Translations under genes and position numbers: made by a program | Part shown: one piece after another, positions 42,234 to 51,947 of the stretch | How positions within the stretch are numbered: the first letter of the stretch is position 1 | How the letters are laid out: every line of letters starts with the position of its first letter | Notes under the pieces: model-generated | What the model saw: only the letters and a program-made list of their open reading frames with translations | Told to the model about the DNA's origin: nothing | The model's database searches: none | Virus record (IMG/VR): IMGVR_UViG_3300046485_000051 | Location: 1 to 64,000 of that record | DNA: 64,000 bases | Source: a virus | Direction: 5' to 3' (one strand)

Positions 42234-42737
42234 CTAGCTGACCGCTGGGGCGGAGTCAATCAGGAAGCGGGTTAGGTATGCGGCAGCTTTTGCGAGACGC
42301 TCTGCCTTTTCGGAGAAGTAAGAGAGTCCCCAGTTGCAGCGGAAGCAGAGCAGGCCCCGGACCCGGCCTGTCTCGTGGTCATGGTCCACGGCAAGCCGCT
42401 TCTTCAAACCCGGCGGTCGCCCACAGATGGCACAGCCGCCGCCCTGGTCTTTCAGCATCCTTGTGTAATCGTCCGGCGTCAGCCCATACACGCGCAGGCT
42501 GCGAGCCTTCTGGTGCTCCCGGTCGTATTTTGCTTGCCATCGGGCTTTGATAGCGCGGCTGCGCTCGGTGTTCTCCTTACACCAGTTGAGACAGTTCTGT
42601 CTCTGCCGGTGCGCGTAACTGGGGTTTACTTCCCTGAGCCAGCCGTCGTAGCAGGATTTGCATAGGCCCCTCGCCCAGATAACCCTGCTTGGGTGACAGG
42701 GCGCTGGTTTCGACTTGCGCGTATCTAGGGAGCCCAT
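42234..42737 (-). CDS. Endonuclease VII family (HNH-type) nuclease
   Basis: YGLTPDDYTRMLKDQGGGCAICG..LAVDHDHETGRVRGLLCFRCNWGL matches the Endonuclease_7 pattern. Confidence 0.75.
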   Translation of the reverse strand: MGSLDTRKSKPAPCHPSRVIWARGLCKSCYDGWLREVNPSYAHRQRQNCLNWCKENTERSRAIKARWQAKYDREHQKARSLRVYGLTPDDYTRMLKDQGGGCAICGRPPGLKKRLAVDHDHETGRVRGLLCFRCNWGLSYFSEKAERLAKAAAYLTRFLIDSAPAVS

Positions 42738-42738
42738 G

Positions 42739-43491
42739 CTAGCCGGTCAAAAGGCCGTTTATTATACGGTCGTCCGTGCCCCTCTTGTATTTCTGAAACC
42801 AGAGAAGTGTGAAGGCGTGCCAAGCCACTTGCGCAAGGTGGTGATTACCTAACTCGTCTCGCTCCTCGCCGCGCCACCAGGCCCACAGATGGCGATTGAG
42901 CGCCCCAAAAGACAACCGCCACGAGTAGCCTTTAGCCCAGTTATTGTCAGCGTATTTCTTCGCCCCGCGCCCATAGACCTCCGCCAGTTCCCACAACGGC
43001 TCGCCAGGAATCAGGTCAAAGCGCTGGAGCTTCTGCCCCTTCTGTCCGCCGGTTGTCGGGTCGGTAACACGGACCTCGCCTGATGCTGTAGCAGGGGGCT
43101 CTTGCCAGGTCTCAAACTTCACTCGGTCAGTCTCGTAATTTGCGACAGGAGCAAGCCGTGTTGCCCCTTGCCAGTCCAGAATAGATTTTTCTGCCTTAGC
43201 CCCGGTGGACCGTTCCCAACCGTCGAGCGCGACATAGTAGGCGCATGTCCGGAGCGCCTCAATATCGCGCGTAATTATGTCGTCTAGGTTCAGGCCCTCC
43301 GCGATGGAGTTCCAGTCGAAGTCGTGCGGTAGCAAGAGTGCGTCGAAGCCGTTTTCCCGGTCCAGTTGGGCAGGGTTGACAGGCTCCAGCTCCACCCGGC
43401 GCAGTTCTTCTGCCATGCTGTCGAACGCCGGAAAGTTATATAGGGACTTGCCCCGCATGGGGCCAAGGATATAAACGCGGGTATTACTCAT
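42739..43491 (-). CDS. Fusion of a DUF4406 (nucleoside 2-deoxyribosyltransferase-like) domain and a phage all-alpha NTP pyrophosphohydrolase-like domain
   Basis: N-terminal VYILGPMRGKSLYNFPAF..VNPA..DGWERSTGAKAE. C-terminal GGQKGQKLQRFDLIP..GAKKYADNNWAKG..LNRHLWAWWRGEERDELGNHHLAQVAWH. Confidence 0.55.
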   Translation of the reverse strand: MSNTRVYILGPMRGKSLYNFPAFDSMAEELRRVELEPVNPAQLDRENGFDALLLPHDFDWNSIAEGLNLDDIITRDIEALRTCAYYVALDGWERSTGAKAEKSILDWQGATRLAPVANYETDRVKFETWQEPPATASGEVRVTDPTTGGQKGQKLQRFDLIPGEPLWELAEVYGRGAKKYADNNWAKGYSWRLSFGALNRHLWAWWRGEERDELGNHHLAQVAWHAFTLLWFQKYKRGTDDRIINGLLTG

Positions 43492-43868
43492 GCGAAGAGG
43501 AGGTAAGCGCCTTTGACGCGGTCGAATATGATTCGTTTGATGGTGACGCCGGCTAGCTGCGCCAGCTTGGTATCGAGGCTCTTCGGAGTCTCGCGAATGT
43601 CTAGGGTTACGGCTAGGGTAAGCTCCTCGACCGGTGTGCGTAGGGCTTCGGCAATCCTGAGCTTGTGATATTCCTCCGACAGCGCTGCGCAGCGCTGCGC
43701 GTAGTCGTGGTAGGCCGATAGCTGCGGTCTGAACTGGTCGAACAGTTCGAGGAGCTTCGTGCGGGTCTCGTCCGCAGTCGGCGTGAGGGTAACTGCACCC
43801 ACAAGGGGCGCGTTGTGTTGTGCCGCCGTTTGGGGAAACGGCACGAGGTTATTTGGTGTGTCTTCCAT
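43488..43868 (-). CDS. Hypothetical protein
   Basis: ORF 43488..43925 trimmed to ATG 43868, just after the upstream stop. Confidence 0.45.
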   Translation of the reverse strand: MEDTPNNLVPFPQTAAQHNAPLVGAVTLTPTADETRTKLLELFDQFRPQLSAYHDYAQRCAALSEEYHKLRIAEALRTPVEELTLAVTLDIRETPKSLDTKLAQLAGVTIKRIIFDRVKGAYLLFA

Positions 43869-43872
43869 AAAA

Positions 43873-44151
43873 TCAGGTGAACATTTGCAGGCAGCTTCCA
43901 TCGAACCGGACGCCGCAGCGGACAAGCTCGATGACCTGCTCCTCGGTGATTACCTTCGCGAGGTCCTCGGGCTCGACCCCGAGCCAAATCTCGTCGTGCT
44001 CTGAGTGACAGATTAGGTCGGCTGTGCCCGGCACGAGTCTGTCAAGCAACAGGAAAGCGTGAACGTCCGGCCGACTGCTGAGCTTGTTTGCCACACGGCC
44101 GAACTTGATATACTCGTCGGTGTATTTGTCGAATAGTGCTTTGAGGTCCAT
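43873..44151 (-). CDS. Hypothetical protein
   Basis: 92-aa ORF in the operon. Confidence 0.45.
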   Translation of the reverse strand: MDLKALFDKYTDEYIKFGRVANKLSSRPDVHAFLLLDRLVPGTADLICHSEHDEIWLGVEPEDLAKVITEEQVIELVRCGVRFDGSCLQMFT

Positions 44152-44155
44152 AAAA

Positions 44156-45442
44156 TCAGTGCATCGAGAATTCTGCCGGGATGGCGTAGGGCGCTACCGC
44201 GCCAACCTCGGCAAACTTGAGGCTAATGTCATAGGTCGCGGTCTTCCCATACTGCGGGTGCATGAAGAAAAACTTCTGCGAAGGGTCCGCCGGGGTGAAC
44301 ATTTCCGAGAGCCCGAATTCGTCCACGCCGGGAAAGCCACCGTTCACGAGCACGCTACCGGTGGCGTGCGGCAGAACAATGTCGCGGTGAAGGTGCCCGA
44401 CCAGATAGTAGTTGGGGGCCTTCTTTCCGTATTTGTTCATCAACTGCGTGGCCGTGCTGACCAGGCGGCCGACAGCGTGGTTCGGGATGCCCAGATTCTT
44501 GTCGCCGCCGCGCAGGCTGTCGCCGTGGGCGCAGAAGAACTCGAAGCCCTGCACGTCGAAGCGCTGGTAGGGCTGCGCGTCAAGGGTCCATTGGATGTTC
44601 TTCACGTCGCGGACCAGTTCGCGAATGAGCGCATAGAGGAACTTGTCGAAGTTGCTGTAGCGGTTCTTGGTGGGCATCCGCTTTTGGTTCTGGAATCGGG
44701 TATGATTGCCGACCACGTCATAGACGCGCACCAGCGGGAAGTGCGGGGCGAGGTTACGAAGGAACTGGGCCAGGACGTGGGCTCCGCAGTAAAACTGGTT
44801 GAATACCGGGTCCAGTTGGCCGGCCTCGTTCGAGTGCGCCAGCGCGCCGTCCAGCATATCGCCGAGCATGGCGATGACAAGCTCCGGGACCTCGGTAGTG
44901 ACGTGATTCTCGGTAATCGAGAGGACTGACTCCTCAAGATACTTGAGCCGCGCCATGAAGGTGTTGAAGTTGTAGGTTCCGAAGCTGAGCGTCTGGCTCG
45001 GGCTCGTGCTCTTGCCGATATGAGTGTCCGAGAGTTGCAGCAGCGCGGACTGGGGCTGCCCCGAACTGCGGCGCTTGCTCTTCCACACGGACGGCAGCGA
45101 CGTGTAGCTTCTCGGGGCCAGGCTGGCGACCTGGGCGACCAGGCGCTCGACGACGTTCTCGGCCTTGAGGAGCTTCTGATACTTCGAGTTGAGAGAGCCA
45201 AACTGCTCGTGCCAATAAGCTTCGTCCTGCTTTTCGAGGTCCTGGGCAACGCTCGACTCAGACGCAGGGACCGGCGGCAGTTCTGTCCGAATGCCAAGCT
45301 CGCACCGCTTATTGCGAACGGCCTGGTAGGTGCGCTTACAGGCAGCGGCAGCTTCCGCATGGGTGAGGCGGCTGCGCAGGACTGTGACTTCTTCGGGCGT
45401 CCACCTGGACCGATGTTTATTAAGGTCAGTTGATTTGTTCAT
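44156..45442 (-). CDS. Calcineurin-like metallophosphoesterase with N-terminal Myb/SANT-like HTH
   Basis: LSDTHIG, MLGDMLDG, VVGNHTR, CAHGD and GHLHRD motifs occur in the expected order. N-terminal WTPEEVTVLRSRL. Confidence 0.7.
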   Translation of the reverse strand: MNKSTDLNKHRSRWTPEEVTVLRSRLTHAEAAAACKRTYQAVRNKRCELGIRTELPPVPASESSVAQDLEKQDEAYWHEQFGSLNSKYQKLLKAENVVERLVAQVASLAPRSYTSLPSVWKSKRRSSGQPQSALLQLSDTHIGKSTSPSQTLSFGTYNFNTFMARLKYLEESVLSITENHVTTEVPELVIAMLGDMLDGALAHSNEAGQLDPVFNQFYCGAHVLAQFLRNLAPHFPLVRVYDVVGNHTRFQNQKRMPTKNRYSNFDKFLYALIRELVRDVKNIQWTLDAQPYQRFDVQGFEFFCAHGDSLRGGDKNLGIPNHAVGRLVSTATQLMNKYGKKAPNYYLVGHLHRDIVLPHATGSVLVNGGFPGVDEFGLSEMFTPADPSQKFFFMHPQYGKTATYDISLKFAEVGAVAPYAIPAEFSMH

Positions 45443-45449
45443 GTTAAAT

Positions 45450-47294
45450 TCACTTGGTATAAGCAGTGCAGAATTCGCCTTCAACGCCCAGGGGCAGGTC
45501 GGCGGCCCACTCGGGCGGGGTGGTCATAATCCGGATGGCTTCTTCGCGGGCCTCCTCTTTTGAGTCAATCGGGATTTCCAGAATCACTTCATCATGGACC
45601 GTGAAGGCCACGCGGAGCCCCGCTTCTTCCAGGCGCACGATAGCCGAGGCGAGGAGGTCTCTAGCCATTCTCTGGGTGACGTTCTCGGTGAGGGTGCCGC
45701 CCCAGAGCCGATTCTGTTTGCTGGTGAAACCAAAATCGCCTTTGGTTACGTATCCCTGGTGACCTCCCCCAGTTCCCCGGATGTTGAAATACTGGAGCAG
45801 GTCGCCGGAAGGCATTTCCATTGCCAGGTGGTGCGACTTATCCCGCGCGGCGTTCGCTATCAGGTTGTCGAGCCGGTTCCATAGCTTGACGATTTCCCGA
45901 TTGTCCACGCGGAAGCCGGCGACAATCTTCTTCGACTCCTCGGGCGTGATGCTGCCGCCGTTGGTGCGGACGTAGTCCTCGAACTTGGCCGAGCCCATCC
46001 CGTAGCCCAGGCCGAGCACTCGGTTTTTCAACAGGGTGTAGCGCTTCTTGCCCAGAGCCTCTTTGATGGTGCCGGGCTCGCCGCGCCAGCCCTCAGACTT
46101 CATCGCGAAGGCTTCATAGACGGAATAGCCCTTGCGCATGGCGTCGAGCATTTCGTTGTTCTCGGCCAGCCAGTTCAAGCAGCGCGGTTCCACTTGGGCA
46201 TAGTCGAGCGGCAGGAAAAGATGCCCGGGGCGCGGGACGACCCAGTTGCGGCTCCAGACGGTTTCCTTTTTCGTGACTTCGTTGTCCGGGTGCCCACCGG
46301 GCATCGTCACGACTTCCCGCGTTACCAGCGGTTCCTTGTCGAGGTTCTGAATGTTAAACCCCTTGCTGGACCATCGGCGCGTATGCGGAGCCCCGCAATA
46401 GAGCATGTCCAGCGGCATAATTCCGTCTTCAGTGACGCGGGCCTTAAGTGACTCGATTTTGCAAAGCATGGTGTTCGAGCGGCGGTAGCGGCGCATGCTT
46501 CCGACCAGGCCGGCCAGTTCGGCGTTGTCGGTCATCAAGTCAGAACACTCCTCGTCTGTTTTTGCCAGGCTCTTCGGGACTTCGATGCCTCGGCTGGCGC
46601 AATGGCGCGCGAGGGCTTGGTAGGAGAGCGGCGGAAAGTCGGCGTGCCAGGGCAGCGCTTTGAACGCCTCGAACCGCATGGCTTCGAGCTTAGTCTTGTC
46701 AGAGTCTACTAGCTCGACGTTGATGGCGACGCCGCGCCGGTTGATAGCGCGCGTGTGGGCCGCGATCCTCTCCTCAATCAGCGACATAGGAGGCAGCTTC
46801 GCCAAGCACTCGGCTTCCTTGATGCAATCGTTGTTGCAATACTCCTGGACCTGGTTCTTCGAGGGCAGGCCGCTGTCCGCGCTGGGCTCGTCGGGCAGGT
46901 CCTCGTAGCGGACGCCCTTCATCACGTCGCGCGTCTTCTTATCTACCTTCTCACCCAGGACGACGCCGGCCAAGCTGGCGAGGTTGCGGGGGTGCTGGTT
47001 GAAGGCCGCCAGGTCGAGCAGGCAAAACCACTCCTGCTTGAAGGCCGGCCAATACTTCTCCCACCAGGCTTGGTCAAAGTTTGAGTTGGCGGCGACTGGG
47101 CGGACCGCCGGGTCGGCGGCCAGGTTGGCGCAAAGCTCGCCCATTTCCGCCAGCGTGCCACATTGGGCTTGTCCGTCCACGAGGACACCGACGACGTAGG
47201 CGTCAGCGGCGGCGACGTAGTTGGGCGTGCCCTGGTTGACGACAGAAATGTCCTTGTCGTAATAGGTCTCGAAGTCAATAACTGCGTTTTTCAT
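45450..47294 (-). CDS. Family A DNA polymerase with 3'-5' exonuclease domain
   Basis: Exo motifs VIDFETY, NSNFDQAWW and YCNND. Pol motifs LDYAQVEPRCL (A), RYTLLKNRVLGLGYGMG (B) and FTVHDEVILE (C). Confidence 0.85.
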   Translation of the reverse strand: MKNAVIDFETYYDKDISVVNQGTPNYVAAADAYVVGVLVDGQAQCGTLAEMGELCANLAADPAVRPVAANSNFDQAWWEKYWPAFKQEWFCLLDLAAFNQHPRNLASLAGVVLGEKVDKKTRDVMKGVRYEDLPDEPSADSGLPSKNQVQEYCNNDCIKEAECLAKLPPMSLIEERIAAHTRAINRRGVAINVELVDSDKTKLEAMRFEAFKALPWHADFPPLSYQALARHCASRGIEVPKSLAKTDEECSDLMTDNAELAGLVGSMRRYRRSNTMLCKIESLKARVTEDGIMPLDMLYCGAPHTRRWSSKGFNIQNLDKEPLVTREVVTMPGGHPDNEVTKKETVWSRNWVVPRPGHLFLPLDYAQVEPRCLNWLAENNEMLDAMRKGYSVYEAFAMKSEGWRGEPGTIKEALGKKRYTLLKNRVLGLGYGMGSAKFEDYVRTNGGSITPEESKKIVAGFRVDNREIVKLWNRLDNLIANAARDKSHHLAMEMPSGDLLQYFNIRGTGGGHQGYVTKGDFGFTSKQNRLWGGTLTENVTQRMARDLLASAIVRLEEAGLRVAFTVHDEVILEIPIDSKEEAREEAIRIMTTPPEWAADLPLGVEGEFCTAYTK

Positions 47295-49450
47295 ATTGTG
47301 TTCTTTGTGATGATAAATTCACGGCCGGCACCGATGGAGTGCCTGACGAGGTTGACGCCCTGCTTGGCGAGCACGGTCAAGCTTTTCGCTATCTTCTGCT
47401 GGTCCCACTTCTGCGCGATGCCGGCGGTGCCGGGGTTGTTCTGCAAGGCCGATAAGAGAGCGGTCGGGGTGCCGCGCCATTCTTTCACTGTGGCGTCAGT
47501 CCAGTAGGCATCCTGGTCAATCCACATTCCGATTAGGTCGCCGAGGTTGCTGGCGAAGGTCTGGTTATGGGAAAGCTCCAGAATGACGGGGTCGTAGTAG
47601 CTCTTGATGCCCATGCGGTCATGCGACAGGATTTCTGCCGGCGTTTGATACACGTTGAGCAACCACCAGCAGAAGGCCGGGCGCTCTTTTGCCAGTATGG
47701 CCTCTAGCTCGTGCTGCGGCGGGAAGACGCCCTTGTAGGGCTGCGAGGCGAAGAACATCATCTTGTCTTTGGTGTTGGCCTCGACCTCGGGGAGCATCCC
47801 GACGCTGCCGGGGTCGTCATTCAAGGTGACGAAAATCCTGCCGTTCCAGTAAATGGTAACGGGCTTCTGGAATTTCGCATGGAACTTGTGTGACGGGTTG
47901 ACGACGAAACCCTTTAGCTTCGCGTTCATGCGGCGGCGCGCGGCTTCAGTCGCCGGGCTGTCTTCATCGTTCACGGCCCAGAGGGCCGACTCGAAAAGCT
48001 CCGAGTTGAAGCTCGTTTCGCCGAGCATGTTCTCAATCGGGTTGGCAACGCGATTGCCCAGGAGGGGCTTGGCGATATGCAGACAGATAAGCGTCTTGCC
48101 GTTGTTCTTGGGGCCACAAAGGAAGATGGCTTGGCCCATGAGCGGGCGACCGTCAAGAAGCATACTGTAGCCGCGTTGCAGCCATGAGAGCCAATGGTCG
48201 AGAGGCAAGAACTCCGGTCGTGGGAAGTGGCCTGACAGCAGACCCCAGTGAAAAGGGAAGTCCGCTGTCGTGCCGGTCAAGCCCTTCACAGGCTGCGCCG
48301 GGTTCAGGTTGGCGGTGTTCAAAATACGTTCGCCGTCAACCTCGACAATGCCGGGCGGGTGGTTAATCAGAGGCGCTGCGCCGATGACGCGGTTATGCAC
48401 CTGAATGTGGCTCAGCACACGGCCGGCGTCGGACTGGGTCGCGCCACGGGGCACTTTGTCGCTCAGGCCGCGCCCGGTAAGCCGCAGCAGCGCGTCACAG
48501 CGGGCAATACTGTCCCAGCGCTTGCCGCTGGGTTCCCAGTAGTTCTTGCCGTCGAAGAGAAGGCCCTCGCCGGCCCGGCCCAGGTTGAGAATCTTTTGCT
48601 CCTCGCACCAGTCGCGGCCAAAGATGGCCTCCCACTTGACGAAGGGCTCGTTACCAGTGAAGCAGAGCATGCCGTCGGGTTTCACCTGACAGCCGGTTTC
48701 GTTGTCCGCCTTCGGGTCCCAGAAGCGGAGACCCTGGGCGTCGAGCTTGAAGTCACCCTGCCAGCGCCCGGGGAATTGTTCCTGGGCCTTGGCGGCAATG
48801 GTCTCCATCGGGATTTCGCCCTTGTCGAAGATACTCAGTTTCTTGCTGACCTCGCAGACGATGCCGAAGAGGAACTCTTTGGAAAGAAAGTGCGTCGGCT
48901 CCTGCTTGTCCTGGCCGGCTCCGTCAACCACTTCCCAATGCGCGCCGTTGGTCCAGAGTTGGCTGGGCTTGGTCGAGGCAGGGTCATAGCCGGCCAGGAG
49001 GGTCGGCACGCCGAGCTTCTCAAAGAGCAGCTTGAAGAAAGCCTCGCAGAACTCGGCGGAGGGCATGAGGATGCCGCACTCGAACACCCAGATTAGCCGG
49101 CCCTTTTTACTGAGGGACTGCTCGAAGAAAGCGGGGCGAAAGTTGGCCGGCTTTTGGTCGATGTAGCCAAAGACGACCGCCGAGTCGGCTACCATGTCGT
49201 AGTCAGCGACCGCTCCGAACACCGTCTGAGGCGGGTTGTCTTTGGAAATCCGTTTGCTGGCGATCACGCCCTTGACCGGGGTATAGACATTCCACGCGGT
49301 CGCCGGCTTTAGCATATCCAGGCGGCGCTTTGACTTCGGGATGGTCAAGTATTTGTTTTCCGCGTCGGGGGTATTGAAATCCCAGGGCGCACCCTCGACC
49401 AGGGTGTCAACGACCAGATTCTTCGCGCAAAGGAAATTCAAAGGGGCCAT
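47291..49450 (-). CDS. DNA primase/helicase (D5/P4-type SF3 NTPase C-terminal half)
   Basis: Walker A FLCGPKNNGKTLI and Walker B-like LWAVNDED. 719 aa; ATGA overlap with the polymerase gene. Confidence 0.65.
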   Translation of the reverse strand: MAPLNFLCAKNLVVDTLVEGAPWDFNTPDAENKYLTIPKSKRRLDMLKPATAWNVYTPVKGVIASKRISKDNPPQTVFGAVADYDMVADSAVVFGYIDQKPANFRPAFFEQSLSKKGRLIWVFECGILMPSAEFCEAFFKLLFEKLGVPTLLAGYDPASTKPSQLWTNGAHWEVVDGAGQDKQEPTHFLSKEFLFGIVCEVSKKLSIFDKGEIPMETIAAKAQEQFPGRWQGDFKLDAQGLRFWDPKADNETGCQVKPDGMLCFTGNEPFVKWEAIFGRDWCEEQKILNLGRAGEGLLFDGKNYWEPSGKRWDSIARCDALLRLTGRGLSDKVPRGATQSDAGRVLSHIQVHNRVIGAAPLINHPPGIVEVDGERILNTANLNPAQPVKGLTGTTADFPFHWGLLSGHFPRPEFLPLDHWLSWLQRGYSMLLDGRPLMGQAIFLCGPKNNGKTLICLHIAKPLLGNRVANPIENMLGETSFNSELFESALWAVNDEDSPATEAARRRMNAKLKGFVVNPSHKFHAKFQKPVTIYWNGRIFVTLNDDPGSVGMLPEVEANTKDKMMFFASQPYKGVFPPQHELEAILAKERPAFCWWLLNVYQTPAEILSHDRMGIKSYYDPVILELSHNQTFASNLGDLIGMWIDQDAYWTDATVKEWRGTPTALLSALQNNPGTAGIAQKWDQQKIAKSLTVLAKQGVNLVRHSIGAGREFIITKNTI

Positions 49451-49547
49451 AGAAAAATTAGTGCTGTCTCTCCAGCGTCACGCCTAGGTTGCAGTGCCGG
49501 CGTTCGCGCGGTTCCTTCCCCGAGTATGACGGCGGGGAGGAAATCCG

Positions 49548-50588
49548 TTATTCAGCAGCGACAGCCTCGCCCGAGGTCGAGACAAGCTGCTCGCAGTAAC
49601 CGCGAACCTCGGGGCCGGTCTCTTCCTTGGAAAGGAGCTTCACGACGGGCCGCCACGGGTTGAAGTTGCCGGCCTGGACCTTGGCGAAGTTGAGAGTCCA
49701 GACATTTTTCCACAGCATGGGCCGCTTGATGACCTGGCCCCGGGGGTTCTTCAACACCTGACCGGCGTCATCAAGAACCGGGACAAGCAGGCTTGTCAGG
49801 CTCGTGTTGAAGATGACCTTCGCTGAAGAGCGGAAGGCTCCTCCGGCGGCATAGTAGACGGCGACGCCGTAGCTCTTGCCGTCCAACTCCAGCGCGAAAG
49901 CCGGGTGGTCGCTGTTCTCGGGCTTCTCCAGAAGGAAGATGCACCGGGACGACGGCTCCCAGAAGTTACCCGGGCGCTGGTCGTCGACCCAGCGGGTCGT
50001 CCCGCCCAGGTCTTCGACTTCCTGGAGGCTGTTCACTACGCGCGGCATTTCGCCGGCCTGGGCGTCTTCCTGGCTGAGCTTCTCGCGGAATTGCTTGGTC
50101 AGCGTGACCGGCACGAAGCGGATAGCGGTATTCTTGGCACCCGGCACTACGCTGGGCGGCGGGAGGAGTTGCTCGTCGGCATAAACGATGGTGCCGTTGT
50201 CGAACATCTTCGACATTTCGCCGGAGCCCTGGACGAGCTTCAACTGCGGGAAGCGGAGGTCGTCGGCACCCCATTCGCCTTCCACGCCGTCAACGTGATA
50301 CTGTGAGGCCGGCCGGCTTACTGCGGTGTTCTGCGGCCGCGTGGCGACTGCCTGAGAGGGCTCCTGCGCGTCAGCTTGCACTGGCTGCTGGAGCGCCCCG
50401 GTGTGGTCGGCCAGAAGGGTGTTTTCAAGACCCTGCTCGGCTGCCGGTGTCGCGGTGTTCACGCACTCGACTTTGACGCCCTCAACCTCGACGACCTGGG
50501 CCTCGACAGTCGTGGCTGAGGTAGCGGGCTGCGGAGTCGCCGGGGGCGCGACGGTTACGGTGCTTTTTCGGACGGTTGCTGTTATCAT
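49548..50588 (-). CDS. Hypothetical replication/recombination-module protein (possibly ssDNA-binding; unassigned)
   Basis: 346-aa ORF between the nuclease and the primase-helicase. Confidence 0.5.
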   Translation of the reverse strand: MITATVRKSTVTVAPPATPQPATSATTVEAQVVEVEGVKVECVNTATPAAEQGLENTLLADHTGALQQPVQADAQEPSQAVATRPQNTAVSRPASQYHVDGVEGEWGADDLRFPQLKLVQGSGEMSKMFDNGTIVYADEQLLPPPSVVPGAKNTAIRFVPVTLTKQFREKLSQEDAQAGEMPRVVNSLQEVEDLGGTTRWVDDQRPGNFWEPSSRCIFLLEKPENSDHPAFALELDGKSYGVAVYYAAGGAFRSSAKVIFNTSLTSLLVPVLDDAGQVLKNPRGQVIKRPMLWKNVWTLNFAKVQAGNFNPWRPVVKLLSKEETGPEVRGYCEQLVSTSGEAVAAE

Positions 50589-50590
50589 AA

Positions 50591-51910
50591 TTATACTTTC
50601 TCGATTTGCTTTGTTACTTCTTTCTTTTGTTTCAGAAACCGGATTTTGTAGTCCGGTCGGCTAAGGAGCCCGTGCGCTTCCAGGGTTGAGCAGGTCTGCT
50701 CCCAGGCGGCTTTCTTGGTCAACTTCTCGCCGCGCGCTCGGGAGACTTCGACCAGCGCGTTCTTCGCGATGGTTTCCAGTTTCCCGAGAGCGAGCTTTGC
50801 CGCTCCGAGGATTTCCTCGGGCGAGCAAAATTCTTTGAGGGCCTCGGCGACTTCTGGAGCGGAGCCCAGGACGCGGTCGGCGCTGCGCTCCTGGACTTCA
50901 TAATGGACCTCGGTGCCGTCGGGCAAAGTGCAGTGGATTTCTCCTCCGTTGGTCTCGGCGATTTCAAAAGCTCGGGCTTTGATTTCGTCCAGGCCGCTCT
51001 CGATTATGTCCACCCAGTAGCGCGCCAGGGCCACGTCTTCGGGCTTGGTCAACTCCAGGCCCTTGAAGGACGGCGGCGTCGGCAGGCCGGCGTAGCGCGT
51101 GGCAGCAATGGCCCGATGGTTTGAAAGGACGGTGCAGCCTCCTGCCAGGGCGCAGTATTGGCAGTAGTGGCCCGGCTTCATGTAGCGCTGGGCATCCTGC
51201 GGGTTGGCTTTGACAAACTCGGCGCGCTCGATGACCTCGGCGAGCCGGGTGTAGAGCGCGTGAATATCCCGGCGCTCGAAAACTTTGGATGTGACCCAGT
51301 TAAGCTTCGGCTGAACGAATTCGACGCCGATGCGGTCCAGGTTGCGATACTTCAGGAAGCAACCGAGAGCGTAATTGATACCTTGCAGGTTGTCACTGGC
51401 TGGGCGGACAGGCACCTGCCCGAATTTGAAGTCCTGGACAATCCCCACGTTGCTGAACACGTAGAGAACATCGAGGAAGCCCCGGTTAAGTTCGGTGCCG
51501 TCGGGGTGGGTGACACTAACGGAAATTTCAGTAATGACGGCGGTAGGCTTCCGAGCCAGGAACGTATCCACACGTTTGCAGCAGAAGCGAAGGTAATCAA
51601 TTTCTTCATCGGTCAATTCGTGCTTTTTGGTGAGCCAGGCGGCGACTTGCTCCAGCGTGGTCTTATGTGCGCCCTTGTTCACCAGCGCTATCATGTCTTC
51701 CATGAGACCATGCAAGAAGGTCCCCTGCTCTGCCGCTTCACTGGTGCCACTCCTGGACGTGAAGCCGGCGCAGTCGTCCAGGTAGTTCATCTTGGACGGG
51801 CCGTATTTATGGTGGCTGCGCGTCTGGACTGTCTCAGGCGGCGGGATGACAGCCGGCAACAGTGCAGGAGTGCTTTCGGTCGGTGCGGGGGCAACAGTGG
51901 TTTCGTTCAT
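50591..51910 (-). CDS. PD-(D/E)XK nuclease of the Cas4/RecB type with a Cys cluster
   Basis: LDVLYVF..IVQDFKFGQ gives D..(D/E)xK. Cys in YLDDCAG plus CQYCALAGGC gives the C...CxxCx5C pattern of Fe-S Cas4-like nucleases. Confidence 0.7.
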   Translation of the reverse strand: MNETTVAPAPTESTPALLPAVIPPPETVQTRSHHKYGPSKMNYLDDCAGFTSRSGTSEAAEQGTFLHGLMEDMIALVNKGAHKTTLEQVAAWLTKKHELTDEEIDYLRFCCKRVDTFLARKPTAVITEISVSVTHPDGTELNRGFLDVLYVFSNVGIVQDFKFGQVPVRPASDNLQGINYALGCFLKYRNLDRIGVEFVQPKLNWVTSKVFERRDIHALYTRLAEVIERAEFVKANPQDAQRYMKPGHYCQYCALAGGCTVLSNHRAIAATRYAGLPTPPSFKGLELTKPEDVALARYWVDIIESGLDEIKARAFEIAETNGGEIHCTLPDGTEVHYEVQERSADRVLGSAPEVAEALKEFCSPEEILGAAKLALGKLETIAKNALVEVSRARGEKLTKKAAWEQTCSTLEAHGLLSRPDYKIRFLKQKKEVTKQIEKV

Positions 51911-51947
51911 TTAATGTGGTCAGCTTAACAGACCTTAATAAACTACG

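Noticed and set aside
42739-43491. Inferring a 2-aminoadenine (Z) or otherwise hypermodified genome from the MazZ-like domain.
   Set aside because: No PurZ-like, DatZ-like, or hydroxymethylase/kinase genes are recognisable in this window. The domain alone does not support the inference.
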